64,000 bases of DNA from an uncultured Candidatus Rokubacteria bacterium. Lineage in GTDB: Bacteria; Methylomirabilota; Methylomirabilia; Rokubacteriales; CSP1-6. The position numbers and the translations under genes were made by a program. This document shows, piece by piece, positions 20,550 to 30,154 of this stretch (within the stretch, counting starts at the first letter, position 1; every line of letters starts with the position of its first letter). The stretch covers positions 32,001 through 96,000 of the forward strand of contig CAVWWD010000006.1 of NCBI GenBank assembly GCA_963758635.1, in the 5' to 3' direction. The notes beneath the pieces were generated by a model. The model saw nothing but the letters and a program-made list of their open reading frames with translations, was not told the origin of the DNA and searched no databases.

Positions 20550-20990
20550 TCACCAGCCGCGCGCCATGAAGCTCGCCGTGAACACGATCAGGACGACCAG
20601 CGCCATCTCGACGTGGTTCACCACGAACAGCGCGCGGGCGCTGGACGTGTCCGCGGCGAGGCCGCGCCGGAGCCGCGCGCGCCAGGCGATGAAGGTGACC
20701 ATCGGCCAGATCTCCAGCGCCACCACGCTCACGAACAACCCTATCTTGGTCCAGAAGAGCGGCGACGACAGGTAGAACTGGGTTCCCTTCTCGAGGCCGC
20801 CGAAGGCGCGGAGCAGTCCCGTCGCCAGCCACAGGACGGCGGCCACGCCCCAGACGGCGTCGGCCGCGAAGAGGCGCCGCAGGCCGTCGGTGTCGAGCGG
20901 GCCCTTGAGCGCGCGCCCGCGCAGGAACACGGCGGGCAGCCCGAGCGCCAGGGCGAGCACGTGGAGCGCGGAGACGATGGCCGCAATCAC
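20550..20990 (-). CDS. DUF2214 family membrane protein
   Basis: ADAVWG...ATGLLR..GLEKG..FY...FWTK...PMVTFIAWR...MARG. Confidence 0.8.
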   Translation of the reverse strand: MIAAIVSALHVLALALGLPAVFLRGRALKGPLDTDGLRRLFAADAVWGVAAVLWLATGLLRAFGGLEKGTQFYLSSPLFWTKIGLFVSVVALEIWPMVTFIAWRARLRRGLAADTSSARALFVVNHVEMALVVLIVFTASFMARGW

Positions 20991-21055
20991 GTCGTCCCGA
21001 GTCTACCCCCCGCCCGGCGCCCGGTTCCATCGGCGCCCACGGCCCGGCGCCGGCG

Positions 21056-22726
21056 TCAGGCCGGGCCGATCTCGATCAGCGACACGCCGGGCAGCGGCAG
21101 GCGGAGGCGGAGCTCGAGCGCGTCGGCGCTCGCACCCTGGACGCGGTCGGGCTCGAGCCGCTCGAGCCCTTGACGCTCCGCGATCACCGCGAGCTCGGCC
21201 GGGGACGGGTCCTGGGGAGAGCCGAGCGCGCGCCACGCCGTATGGCTGTTGCTGTGCCGCGCGTCGATGCGGAAGTGCCGCACGCGCACGTCGCCCGTCC
21301 ACGGCAGCCGCTCGATCCGGAGCGTGACCGGCGCCGCCTCCGCATCGCTCGCGTACTGGTCGTCGCGGTGGCGCCACACGAGCACGCTCACCCGGTCATC
21401 TCCGCGGGCGGCCAGCGCATCGACCTCCTCCGGCATGTCCGCGTCGCCCTCGTCGAGACGGGTCAGGGACCACGCGGCGGTCGACTCCGCGGCCACACGC
21501 ACCGGGCCGAGCCGGCTCAGCATGCGGTACGCGTTCAGCACCGGCTTCTCGACGCCCTGCGCGGTGAAGAGGCTCCGCGTGCCCTCGAAGAAGCGCTCGC
21601 CCTCGAAGTAGAAGCTCCAGGTGGTGGCCTGGTGCACGCGGGCGGCGCCGAGGGCGTCCAGGTCGAGGAGCTTCTTCATGAGCTTGCACTGGAACACCGG
21701 GAAGTACTCCGTGTTGCGGTACGCGAAGTTGGCGTTGTCGTAGACGCCCCAGTGGGCGGGCACCGAGGCGTCGCACTCGTCCACGATGCAGGGCAGGTCG
21801 CGGAACCGCGGATGCGCGGCCACCGCCTCGAGCGCGGCGCGGACCTCGCGCAGCATCTTGAGGCTGGACGGCGACTGCCGCGTGGGCGCGGGCCCGCCGA
21901 GGGGTCCGTACACGCGCCAGGGCGTGTACCGCGCGCCCTTGGTGTGGAACGACACGAAGTCGAGCGGCGTCCCCTGCCGGGCGCAGTGCGCGAGGAAGCC
22001 GCGCAGGAACTCGGCGCCGCGGCGGCCGGGGCCGAGGTCGCCGGTGGTGGCGGGGCCGCCGACCTGCGCGTCGGGCAGCGCGGCCTTCACGCTGGCCGCG
22101 GTCACGTCGTAGAGGGCGTGGAACTCTTCGGGCGTGCCGCGCCAGTAGGAGATGTCGGGCTCGTTCCACAGCTCCCAGAGCCAGCCGCGCACGTGGGCGG
22201 CGCCGTGGCGCGCCACGCAGCGCTCGACCAGCGCGCGCACGAGGGCGCCCCACCTCGCGTTGTCCCGCGGCGGCATCGCCCACAGGCCCGCCTCGTAGGG
22301 GCTCCACTGCGTGGGGCTCGGCTCGAACGCGAAGGCGCGCTCCGCCCCCTCGGGGACGAGCGCGCGCGGCGTGAACGCGAGCTCCACCAGCGGGCGGTGG
22401 CCCGCCTGCACCACCGCGTCGTACACCTGGTCGGCGATGGTGAAGTCGTAGAAGGGACGCCCGTCCGCGTCCTCGTGGTACACGTTGCCGGCGCCCCAGT
22501 GGGGCAGCGACCAGCCGATGCCGCTGTTGAAGATGTAGTGCGAGCGCACGTAGTACGGCTCTCCGGCGAAGGCGCGGATGGTGCGGAGGTGGCGCTTGCC
22601 CATCGGCGTGGACGTCCAGTTGATCTCGTCGAAGCCGAAGCTGGTCCAGATGCGGCGGAGCGGGCCGAGGACGGCGCCCGCGTCCACCCGTACCGTGGCC
22701 TCGGCCACGCGCCCCGTGTCGGCCAT
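21056..22726 (-). CDS. Glycoside hydrolase family 39 (beta-xylosidase-like)
   Basis: WELWNEPD acid/base motif, VGGPA, DFVSFH, IVDE nucleophile, KPVLNAYRML. Confidence 0.88.
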   Translation of the reverse strand: MADTGRVAEATVRVDAGAVLGPLRRIWTSFGFDEINWTSTPMGKRHLRTIRAFAGEPYYVRSHYIFNSGIGWSLPHWGAGNVYHEDADGRPFYDFTIADQVYDAVVQAGHRPLVELAFTPRALVPEGAERAFAFEPSPTQWSPYEAGLWAMPPRDNARWGALVRALVERCVARHGAAHVRGWLWELWNEPDISYWRGTPEEFHALYDVTAASVKAALPDAQVGGPATTGDLGPGRRGAEFLRGFLAHCARQGTPLDFVSFHTKGARYTPWRVYGPLGGPAPTRQSPSSLKMLREVRAALEAVAAHPRFRDLPCIVDECDASVPAHWGVYDNANFAYRNTEYFPVFQCKLMKKLLDLDALGAARVHQATTWSFYFEGERFFEGTRSLFTAQGVEKPVLNAYRMLSRLGPVRVAAESTAAWSLTRLDEGDADMPEEVDALAARGDDRVSVLVWRHRDDQYASDAEAAPVTLRIERLPWTGDVRVRHFRIDARHSNSHTAWRALGSPQDPSPAELAVIAERQGLERLEPDRVQGASADALELRLRLPLPGVSLIEIGPA

Positions 22727-23757
22727 CACCGGCCCCCGGCGACGTGCCCGACACCGCGCAGGGTGAGCTCCGCCGCGCGATGGCAGCTCACGAGCTGGCC
22801 CGGACCCGCCGCCTCGAGCCGCGGCGCCTCCGTGCGGCATCGCTCGATCGCGTAGGGACACCGGGGGTGGAACGCGCAGCCGGGCGGCGGGCTCGCCGGG
22901 TCGGCCACCTCGCCTTCCAGGACGACGCGGCCCGCGCGCAGGCGGGGGTCCGGCTTCGGCACGGCGGCGAGCAGGGCCTCGGTGTACGGATGCGCCGGCG
23001 CCGTGAAGAGCCGCTCGGTGGGCGCCAGCTCGACGATGCGGCCCACGTACATGACGGCCACGCGGTCAGACACGTGCTTCACCACCGAGAGGTCGTGGGC
23101 CACGAACAGGTACGTCAGGCCCAGCTCGGCCTGGAGGTCCACGAGGAGGTTCAGGATCTGCGCCTGGACCGACACGTCGAGGGCGGACACGGGCTCGTCG
23201 GCCACCACCAGGCTCGGGGACAGCGCCAGCGCGCGGGCGATGCCGATGCGCTGGCGCTGGCCTCCGCTGAAGGCGTGGGGGAAGCGGCGCATGAACTCGG
23301 GGCGGAGGCCGACCAGGCGCAGCAGCTCGGCCACACGCTCCACGCGCTCCGCCCGCGTGCCCACGCCGTTGACGAGGAGCGGCTCGCCGACGATCTCGAG
23401 CAGCGTCTTGCGCGGGTTCAGCGACGAGTACGGATCCTGGAAGACCATCTGCATCTCGCGCCGGAGCGGCCGCATGTGCCGCGAGGGCAAGCCGGCCACG
23501 TCCACGGACGTGCCGTTGCCGCGCCGGAAGATGATCTGGCCCGCGGTCGGCTCGATCGCGCGCAGGATGCAGCGCGCCGTCGTCGTCTTCCCACAGCCGC
23601 TCTCCCCCACCAGCGACAGCGTCTCGCCGCGGTCGATGTGGAAGCTCACGCCGTCCACCGCCCGGACCTCGCCCACGCGGCGGCGGAGAAGCCCGCGCCG
23701 GATCGGAAACTCCTTCCGGAGGTCGCGCACCTCGAGGAGCGGCACGGCCGCCGTCAC
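22726..23757 (-). CDS. Oligopeptide-type ABC ATP-binding protein (OppF/DppF-like)
   Basis: [36 protein letters not shown]. Confidence 0.93.
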   Translation of the reverse strand: MTAAVPLLEVRDLRKEFPIRRGLLRRRVGEVRAVDGVSFHIDRGETLSLVGESGCGKTTTARCILRAIEPTAGQIIFRRGNGTSVDVAGLPSRHMRPLRREMQMVFQDPYSSLNPRKTLLEIVGEPLLVNGVGTRAERVERVAELLRLVGLRPEFMRRFPHAFSGGQRQRIGIARALALSPSLVVADEPVSALDVSVQAQILNLLVDLQAELGLTYLFVAHDLSVVKHVSDRVAVMYVGRIVELAPTERLFTAPAHPYTEALLAAVPKPDPRLRAGRVVLEGEVADPASPPPGCAFHPRCPYAIERCRTEAPRLEAAGPGQLVSCHRAAELTLRGVGHVAGGR

Positions 23758-24780
23758 GGCGCGGCCACCGGATGATGCAGGAAGCAGCTCACCGCCTGGT
23801 CCTCGCCGGCCAGCGCGGTGAGCTCGGGCTCGTGGCGCTCGCACGTGCCCGCCATCGTCTCCGGGCAGCGCGGGTGGAACGGGCAGCCCGCGGGGCGCCG
23901 GTACGGATGCGGGAGCGAACCGGCGATGGCGGGGAGCTTCGTGCGCACCGGCGCGTGCACGGATGGGATCGACCGCAGCAGCGCACGCGTGTAGGGATGT
24001 CGCGGGGCGTGGAAGATGGCGTCCACGGGCCCGCGCTCCACCACGCGGCCGAGGTACATGACGACGACCTCGTCGCACAGCTCAGCGACTACGCCGAGAT
24101 TGTGGGTGATGAGCACGATCGCCATGCCCTCGCGCGCCTGCAGCTCCCGGAGGAGGGCCAGGATCTGCGCCTGCGTGGTGACGTCCAGCGCGGTGGTGGG
24201 CTCGTCGGCGATCAGGATGCGCGGGCCGCAGCAGAGCGCGGTGGCGATCATGGCCCGCTGGCGGAGCCCCCCCGAGAGCTGGAACGCGTGCTCGTCGATC
24301 CGGCGCTCCGGCCGCGGGATGCCCACCAACCGCAGCAGCTCGATCGCCCGGGCGCGCGCCGCCGCGCGGTCGAGCGCCCAGGTGCAGCCGGATCGTCTCC
24401 ACGATCTGGTTGCCCACGGTGTGCACGGGGCTGAACGAGCTCATCGGCTCCTGGAACACGAGCCCGATCTCGCCTCCGCGGATGCGCCGGATCTCCGGCC
24501 CTCGCGGGTCGAGCTGCGCGAGGTCGTCCTCGCCGCCGCCGGCGCGGCGGAGGCGGACGGCCCCGCCCACGATCCGCCCCGGCCGCTCCACGATGCGGAG
24601 GATGGACCGCGCGGTCACGCTCTTGCCGCAGCCGCTCTCCCCGACGATGCCGAGCGTGCGCCCCGCGTGCACGTCGAAGCTCGCGCCGTCCACCGCCTTG
24701 ACCACGCCCTCCTCGGCGAAGAAGTACGTGCGCAGGTCACGGACGGCGAGGATCGGGTCGGCGGTCCCTGGCGCCTCCAT
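23754..24780 (-). CDS. Oligopeptide-type ABC ATP-binding protein (OppD/DppD-like), frameshift near 24370
   Basis: [28 protein letters not shown]. Confidence 0.9.
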
Positions 24781-24782
24781 CG

Positions 24783-25931
24783 CTAGTGCCCGTAGGGGTC
24801 GGCGGCGTCGCGGAGGCCGTCGCCCATGAAGTTGAAGGCGACGATGATCACGATCACGGGCAGGGAGGGCACGAGGAGCCACGGCGAGATCGCGAGCGAC
24901 TGGATGTTCTGCGCCTGCTGGAGCAGCACGCCCCAGCTGATGGCGGGAGGGCGGAGCCCGAGGCCCAGGAACGAGAGCGACGTCTCGCTGATGATCATGG
25001 CCGGGATGGCCAGCGTGGTGGCGGCGATGATGTGGCTCAGGAACGACGGCACCAGGTGGCTCAGGATGATGCGCGTGCGGCTGCACCCGCAGAGCTCGGC
25101 CGCCGTCACGAACTCCTCCTCGCGGAGCGACAGGAAGCGGCCGCGGACCACGCGCGCCAGCTCCGTCCAGCCGACGAGGGAGATGATCACGGTGATGGCG
25201 AGGTAGACCTGGAGCACCGTCCAGTCCTGGGGCAGCGCCGCGGCGAGCCCCATCCAGAGGGGAATGGTCGGGATCGAGCGCAGGATCTCCACCACCCGCT
25301 GGATGACGGTGTCGATCACACCGCCCATGTAGCCGGAGATGCCGCCCAGCAGCACGCCCAGGACGAGGCTCAGCGCCACGCCGGCGAGGCCGATGGTCAA
25401 CGACGTCCGCGTGGCGTACATGAGGCGCGACCACACGTCACGTCCCTGCTCGTCGGTGCCGAGCAGGAACAGGGACTCCTCGACGCGCCCCTCGCTCACG
25501 CCGAGCAGGTGGCGGCGGGCCGGGATCACGCCGAACAGGGCGTACTCGAACCCCGGCGCGAACAAGCGCAGCCAGATCTTCTTCTCCGGGTCCGGCGTGT
25601 ACACGCGGCGGAACGTCGCGGGGTCGCGATGGCCGGTGAGACCGTACACGTGGGGGGCGAAGCGGCCCTCGTGGAACCAGCGGATCGCCTGCGGGGGCAG
25701 CAGCGAGCGATGGGCCTCCGACGCCGTCGGGCTCGCGTAGGCGAGGAAGTCGGCGAACAGCACCACCGCGTAGGCGAGCCCGACCACCACGGTGCCGGCC
25801 AGCGCGAGGCGGTGCCGGCGGAAGCGCCACCACATGAGCTGCCACTGGGTGGCGACGGAGACGCGCTCCTCCGCGTCGGCCCCCGCCGGCGCGTCCGGCG
25901 CGACCGCCTCCGCCGTCCCCGCGAGGGCTAT
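24783..25931 (-). CDS. ABC permease (OppC/DppC-like); start uncertain
   Basis: QWQLMWWRF, LGTDEQGRD, ETSLSFLGLG, GDGLRDAADP; only ATA is present at the expected start. Confidence 0.9.
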   Translation of the reverse strand: MALAGTAEAVAPDAPAGADAEERVSVATQWQLMWWRFRRHRLALAGTVVVGLAYAVVLFADFLAYASPTASEAHRSLLPPQAIRWFHEGRFAPHVYGLTGHRDPATFRRVYTPDPEKKIWLRLFAPGFEYALFGVIPARRHLLGVSEGRVEESLFLLGTDEQGRDVWSRLMYATRTSLTIGLAGVALSLVLGVLLGGISGYMGGVIDTVIQRVVEILRSIPTIPLWMGLAAALPQDWTVLQVYLAITVIISLVGWTELARVVRGRFLSLREEEFVTAAELCGCSRTRIILSHLVPSFLSHIIAATTLAIPAMIISETSLSFLGLGLRPPAISWGVLLQQAQNIQSLAISPWLLVPSLPVIVIIVAFNFMGDGLRDAADPYGH

Positions 25932-26920
25932 CGCCGGCCCTCCATCCGGATGCGCGGGTCGATCCACATGAGCAGGAGGTCGGAGAGGAGCGTGCCGAGC
26001 ACGGTGAGCACGCCGAGCAGGAGCACGATCGTGCCGGCCAGGAACATGTCCTGGGCGATGAGCGCGCGCAGGAGCAGCGGCCCCACCGTGGGCAGGCTCA
26101 GCACCAGCGACACGATGATGCTCCCCGACACCACGTACGGCAGGAGGTAGCCGACCGTGCTCGCGAACGGGTTGAGCGCCACCCGCACCGGGTACTTGAG
26201 GATCACACGCCACTCGGAGAGGCCGCGGGCTCGCGCCGTCATCACGTAGGGCTTGCCCAGCTCGTCGAGCAGGTTCGCCCGCATGATGCGGATGAGCTGC
26301 GCGGTGCCGGCCAGGCCCAGGATGACGGCGGGCAGCGGCAGGTGCTTGATCAGGTCCCACACCTTGGCCAGGCTCCACGGCGCCTCCACGAACCGGTCGG
26401 AGAAGAGGCCGCCGATGTTGGCCCCGAAGTACCGGAAGCCCACGTACATGAGGACGAGGGCGACCATGAAGCTCGGCACGGCCAGGCCGATGAAGCCGAC
26501 GAGCGTGGCCAGGTAGTCGCCGATCGAGTACTGGCGCACGGCGGAGTAGATGCCGATGGGCAGCGCGAGGACCCACGTCACGAGGATGGCGCCGATCGAG
26601 AGCGCCATGGTGAGCCACAGCCGATCCCCGATCACCTCCGACACCGGCTTGCCCCACTCCAGCGCCTGCCCGAACTCGCCGCGCACGGCCAGCCTCATCC
26701 AGCGCAGGTACTGGACCCACACCGGCTTGTCGAGGCCGTACTGCTCGCGCAGGGTGTCGGCGAGCTGCTGCGACACCACCGTGCCCGACGCCGTCATCTG
26801 GGCGATGTACGCGGTGATGTAGTCGCCGGGCGGGAGCTGGATGATGACGAACGCGAGGACGGAGATGGCCCACGTGGTGAGGAGGGCGAGGAGGAGGCGG
26901 CGCACGACGTAGGTCAGCAT
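25928..26920 (-). CDS. ABC permease (OppB/DppB-like)
   Basis: YVVRRLL, LPPGD, YGLDKP, TARARGL, DPRIR. Confidence 0.93.
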   Translation of the reverse strand: MLTYVVRRLLLALLTTWAISVLAFVIIQLPPGDYITAYIAQMTASGTVVSQQLADTLREQYGLDKPVWVQYLRWMRLAVRGEFGQALEWGKPVSEVIGDRLWLTMALSIGAILVTWVLALPIGIYSAVRQYSIGDYLATLVGFIGLAVPSFMVALVLMYVGFRYFGANIGGLFSDRFVEAPWSLAKVWDLIKHLPLPAVILGLAGTAQLIRIMRANLLDELGKPYVMTARARGLSEWRVILKYPVRVALNPFASTVGYLLPYVVSGSIIVSLVLSLPTVGPLLLRALIAQDMFLAGTIVLLLGVLTVLGTLLSDLLLMWIDPRIRMEGRR

Positions 26921-26974
26921 GGATGCCGGGGAGATCCTACTGCGACCGTGTCGTCGCTCACAAGGTCTCCCCTC

Positions 26975-27075
26975 AGAGGTTGTGAAAGAATGCGGATCTC
27001 GGCTTCAGCGAGCGGGCTCACACCGCGATTCTGCGGACACGCGGCGTGCCGTCTCGCCATTCATTCACGATCTCT
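26975..27075. mobile_element. MITE-like element, copy 2, with 18-bp imperfect terminal inverted repeats
   Basis: AGAGGTTGTGAAAGAATG ... CATTCATTCACGATCTCT; homologous to 5545-5632. Confidence 0.55.
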
Positions 27076-27233
27076 CAGCGGATCGGCTCCGCGCCTGCCG
27101 TGGGCGACGGGATCGTGGCGTTTGCTGAGCGCCGCGCCCACGCCGCAGACTGGTCCGCCACGTGGGAGCCGACCTGCCGGAACGGCGCACCGCGCCCACG
27201 CACGCGATCGATGCCCCTCATGATCCTGTGGCG

Positions 27234-27253
27234 TAGACGATCATGATCGTCTA
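27234..27253. promoter_or_regulatory. Perfect 20-bp palindrome, probable TA autorepression operator
   Basis: TAGACGATCATGATCGTCTA overlaps a -10-like TAGACT (27252-27257) located 8 nt before the antitoxin ATG. Confidence 0.7.
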
Positions 27254-27265
27254 GACTCGTTGATC

Positions 27266-27553
27266 ATGGCTCGGCCTCTTCAGGTCTACCTCGATGAGCA
27301 GGATCTGGCACGGCTGGAGGCTTGGGCCCGCGGCCGTGGGTGGACCAAGTCCCAGGCGATTCGCGCCGCTGTCCGCGCCCTGACCCGGCACCCCGGCGAG
27401 GATCCCTTGCTGGAGCTGAGCGGGGACATCGACGGGCTTCCGCCCGACCTCAGCGAGCGCTTCGACCGCTACCTCGAGGAGACGTTCGTTGCCGAGTCGC
27501 CGGCCCCGTACCGCGCACGCCGCCGCCGCTCCACGGCGTCTGTTCGTCGATAG
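27266..27553 (+). CDS. CopG/RHH-type antitoxin
   Basis: LQVYLDE..LARLEAWA...TKSQAIRAAV; DPLLEL.G...DLSERFDRYL; lies upstream of a PIN gene. Confidence 0.8.
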   Translation: MARPLQVYLDEQDLARLEAWARGRGWTKSQAIRAAVRALTRHPGEDPLLELSGDIDGLPPDLSERFDRYLEETFVAESPAPYRARRRRSTASVRR

Positions 27554-27947
27554 CGGCGCCTGGATCGCGCTCCGGAGCCGGCGCGATCAGCACCATGCCG
27601 AGGCCGACCGGCTCTTCCGCGAGGCGCTCCGGCGGCGGATTCCCCTCGTCACCACGAATCTCGTGATCGCCGAGTCGCATCGTCTGACCCTCTTCCGGGC
27701 CGGCGTCGCGCCCGCGCTACGCGCCCTCGATCGCATCGACGCGAGCCCGAGCGTGACTGTCCACTACCCGACCGCCGCAGATCATGAGGCGGCGCGCCGC
27801 TGGCTCGAGCGCCTGGCGCCGCGCCCGGTGACGTACACCGACGCGGTGAGTTTCGCCGTCATGGAGGCGACCGCCTGCCGGCACGTGCTCGGCTTCGACC
27901 GCGACTTCGTCGCCGCCGGCTTCATGCTCTGGCCGGCTCCCGACTGA
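27489..27947 (+). CDS. vapC: PIN-domain toxin
   Basis: FVDSGAW, VIAE, TYTDAVS, GFDRDF acidic residues. Confidence 0.88.
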   Translation: MPSRRPRTAHAAAAPRRLFVDSGAWIALRSRRDQHHAEADRLFREALRRRIPLVTTNLVIAESHRLTLFRAGVAPALRALDRIDASPSVTVHYPTAADHEAARRWLERLAPRPVTYTDAVSFAVMEATACRHVLGFDRDFVAAGFMLWPAPD

Positions 27948-28012
27948 CCTCGCGATCGCCGCCCGGCTGGCCCGCGCGCGCCCGGACCGATGGCCCCAGT
28001 GTCCGGGCTGGA

Positions 28013-28042
28013 TTGACACCCCGACGAGGCGCTTGCTAGGTT
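28013..28042 (+). promoter_or_regulatory. Putative sigma70 promoter of the substrate-binding protein gene
   Basis: TTGACA-N18-TAGGTT with an extended TG. Confidence 0.45.
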
Positions 28043-28078
28043 GTGGCCGGTCACACGCCACCCCGAAAGGACGGGCCC

Positions 28079-30154
28079 ATGAGCGACCACGACGAAGTGG
28101 AGCAGACTCCGGAGCCGTCGCGCCTCCATCCCTCGCGCCGCGCCGTGCTGCGGGCCGGCCTCGTGGCCTTCGCCGCGGCGCAGCTGCCCGACGGCCTCGT
28201 GTCACGGGCCGCCGCGCAGGGCAAGCCGGGGGCGAGCCTGATCGGCAAGCTCGAGGGCGCGGAGGTCGTCACCGACCCCGCGCGGTTCCCCAGGGCGTTC
28301 AAGGAAGCGCCGCAGCTCGCCGAGCTGGTGAAGGCGGGCAAGCTTCCCGCCGTGGCGGAGCGCATCGGCCAGGACCCGCTCGTGGTGAAGCCGCTCCGCG
28401 AGATCGGCAAGTACGGCGGGACGTGGCGGCGCGGCTTCACCGGGCCCTCCGACACGTCCAACGGCCACCGCGCCGCCCAGAACGACAAGCTCCTGTACTG
28501 GGACTACACGGGCACCAAGCTCGTCCCCAACATCGCGCGGGCCTGGGAGGTCAGCCCCGACGGCAAGGTCACGACCATCCAGCTCCGCCGCGGGATGAAG
28601 TGGAGCGACGGCCAGCCCTTCACCGCCGACGACTTCGTGTTCTGGTTCGAGGACGTCTACGGCAACAAGGAGCTGGTGCCCACGCCGCTGTCCGTCATGA
28701 CCATCAACGGCAAGCCGATCGCGGTGCGGAAGGTCGACGCCGCCACCGTGCAGTTCGTGGCGCCCGAGCCCTACTACGCGCTGCCCACCGTGCTCGCCTC
28801 CGTGTGGGGCATCGGGCACCACGCCCGGTTCGGCCGCGACGCGTTCGGCGGCTTCGCGCCCGCCCACTACATGAAGCAGTTCCACCCCAAGTACGCGTCG
28901 AAGGACGACCTCGCCAAGAAGCAGGCCGACCTCAAGTTCGACACGTGGGTGCTGCTGTTCAAGAACCGGAACGACGCGTGCCGCAACCCCGACCTGCCGG
29001 TGGTGACGCCCTGGAAGACGACCTCGCCGATCAACACGCCGACGTGGGCGCTCGAGCGCAATCCGTACAGCGTCTGGGTGGACACCGACGGCAACCAGCT
29101 CCCCTACATCGACCGCATCCGGATGAGCATCGGCGAGAACCTGGAGGTGATCAACCTGCGGGCGATCGCCGGCGAGTACGACTCGCAGGCGCGGCACATC
29201 GACATCAGCAAGCTGCCGGTGCTGATCGAGAACCAGCAGAAGGGCGGCTACAAGGTCCACCTGGATCCCTCCGACCAGGGCGCGGACGTCGGGCTCTTCT
29301 GCAACCAGAGCTACGAGAAGGACGCCGAGATCGCGAAGTGGCTCAGCACCCGCAACTTCCGCATCGCGCTCTCCCACGGCATCGACCGCTCGCAGATCAA
29401 CGAGACGTTCGTGCTCGGCCTGGGCCAGGCCGCCTCGGCGGCGCCGGGCGACCGCACCCTGTACTTCCCGGGCGCGCAGTACAAGACGCTCCACGTCGGG
29501 TACGACGTGAAGAAGGCCAACGACATGCTGGACGCCCTCGGCCTCACCAAGAAGGACGGTGAGGGCTACCGCCTCCGCGCCGACGGGACGGGCCGGCTGC
29601 GCCTGGCCCTGACCACGTACCTGGGCTTCCTGCCGTTCACGCGCATCGCGGAGATGGTCGTCGAGCAGTGGAAGAAGATCGGCATCCGCGGCGAGGTGCA
29701 GGAGATGGAGCGCGGCCTCGCCACCGCGCGCCTGCGCGCCAACGAGCACCAGATCTACTTCGAGACGCAGTGGGGCGCGGACAACATCTACGGGCACCAG
29801 CCGCTCATCTTCCCCTCCCAGGACCAGAGCCCGCTCGGTCCCCAGTACGGCGTCTGGTACTCGAGCGCAGGGAAACAGGGCAAGCAGCCGCCGGCCCGGA
29901 TGCAGGAGCTGATGACGACCTACCGGCGCTCGTTCGGCGTGCCCGACCAGGAGCGCACGCGCCTGGCCAAGGAAGTGTGGAAGATCGCGCTGGACGAGCT
30001 GTGGCTGATCCCCGTGGTCTCGAACTCGCCCGCCTCGCAGGGCGTGCGGGTCATCAAGAACAACGTGGGCAACGTGCCCGAGCGCCTCTGGAACAGCGCG
30101 GTGAGCGACAACCCCCACATCGCCCACACGGAGACCTGGTACTTCAAGAGCTGA
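28079..30154 (+). CDS. Family 5 ABC substrate-binding protein with Tat signal
   Basis: SRRAVL Tat motif; GKLPAVAERI, KWSDGQPFTADD, GNQLPYID. Confidence 0.92.
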   Translation: MSDHDEVEQTPEPSRLHPSRRAVLRAGLVAFAAAQLPDGLVSRAAAQGKPGASLIGKLEGAEVVTDPARFPRAFKEAPQLAELVKAGKLPAVAERIGQDPLVVKPLREIGKYGGTWRRGFTGPSDTSNGHRAAQNDKLLYWDYTGTKLVPNIARAWEVSPDGKVTTIQLRRGMKWSDGQPFTADDFVFWFEDVYGNKELVPTPLSVMTINGKPIAVRKVDAATVQFVAPEPYYALPTVLASVWGIGHHARFGRDAFGGFAPAHYMKQFHPKYASKDDLAKKQADLKFDTWVLLFKNRNDACRNPDLPVVTPWKTTSPINTPTWALERNPYSVWVDTDGNQLPYIDRIRMSIGENLEVINLRAIAGEYDSQARHIDISKLPVLIENQQKGGYKVHLDPSDQGADVGLFCNQSYEKDAEIAKWLSTRNFRIALSHGIDRSQINETFVLGLGQAASAAPGDRTLYFPGAQYKTLHVGYDVKKANDMLDALGLTKKDGEGYRLRADGTGRLRLALTTYLGFLPFTRIAEMVVEQWKKIGIRGEVQEMERGLATARLRANEHQIYFETQWGADNIYGHQPLIFPSQDQSPLGPQYGVWYSSAGKQGKQPPARMQELMTTYRRSFGVPDQERTRLAKEVWKIALDELWLIPVVSNSPASQGVRVIKNNVGNVPERLWNSAVSDNPHIAHTETWYFKS

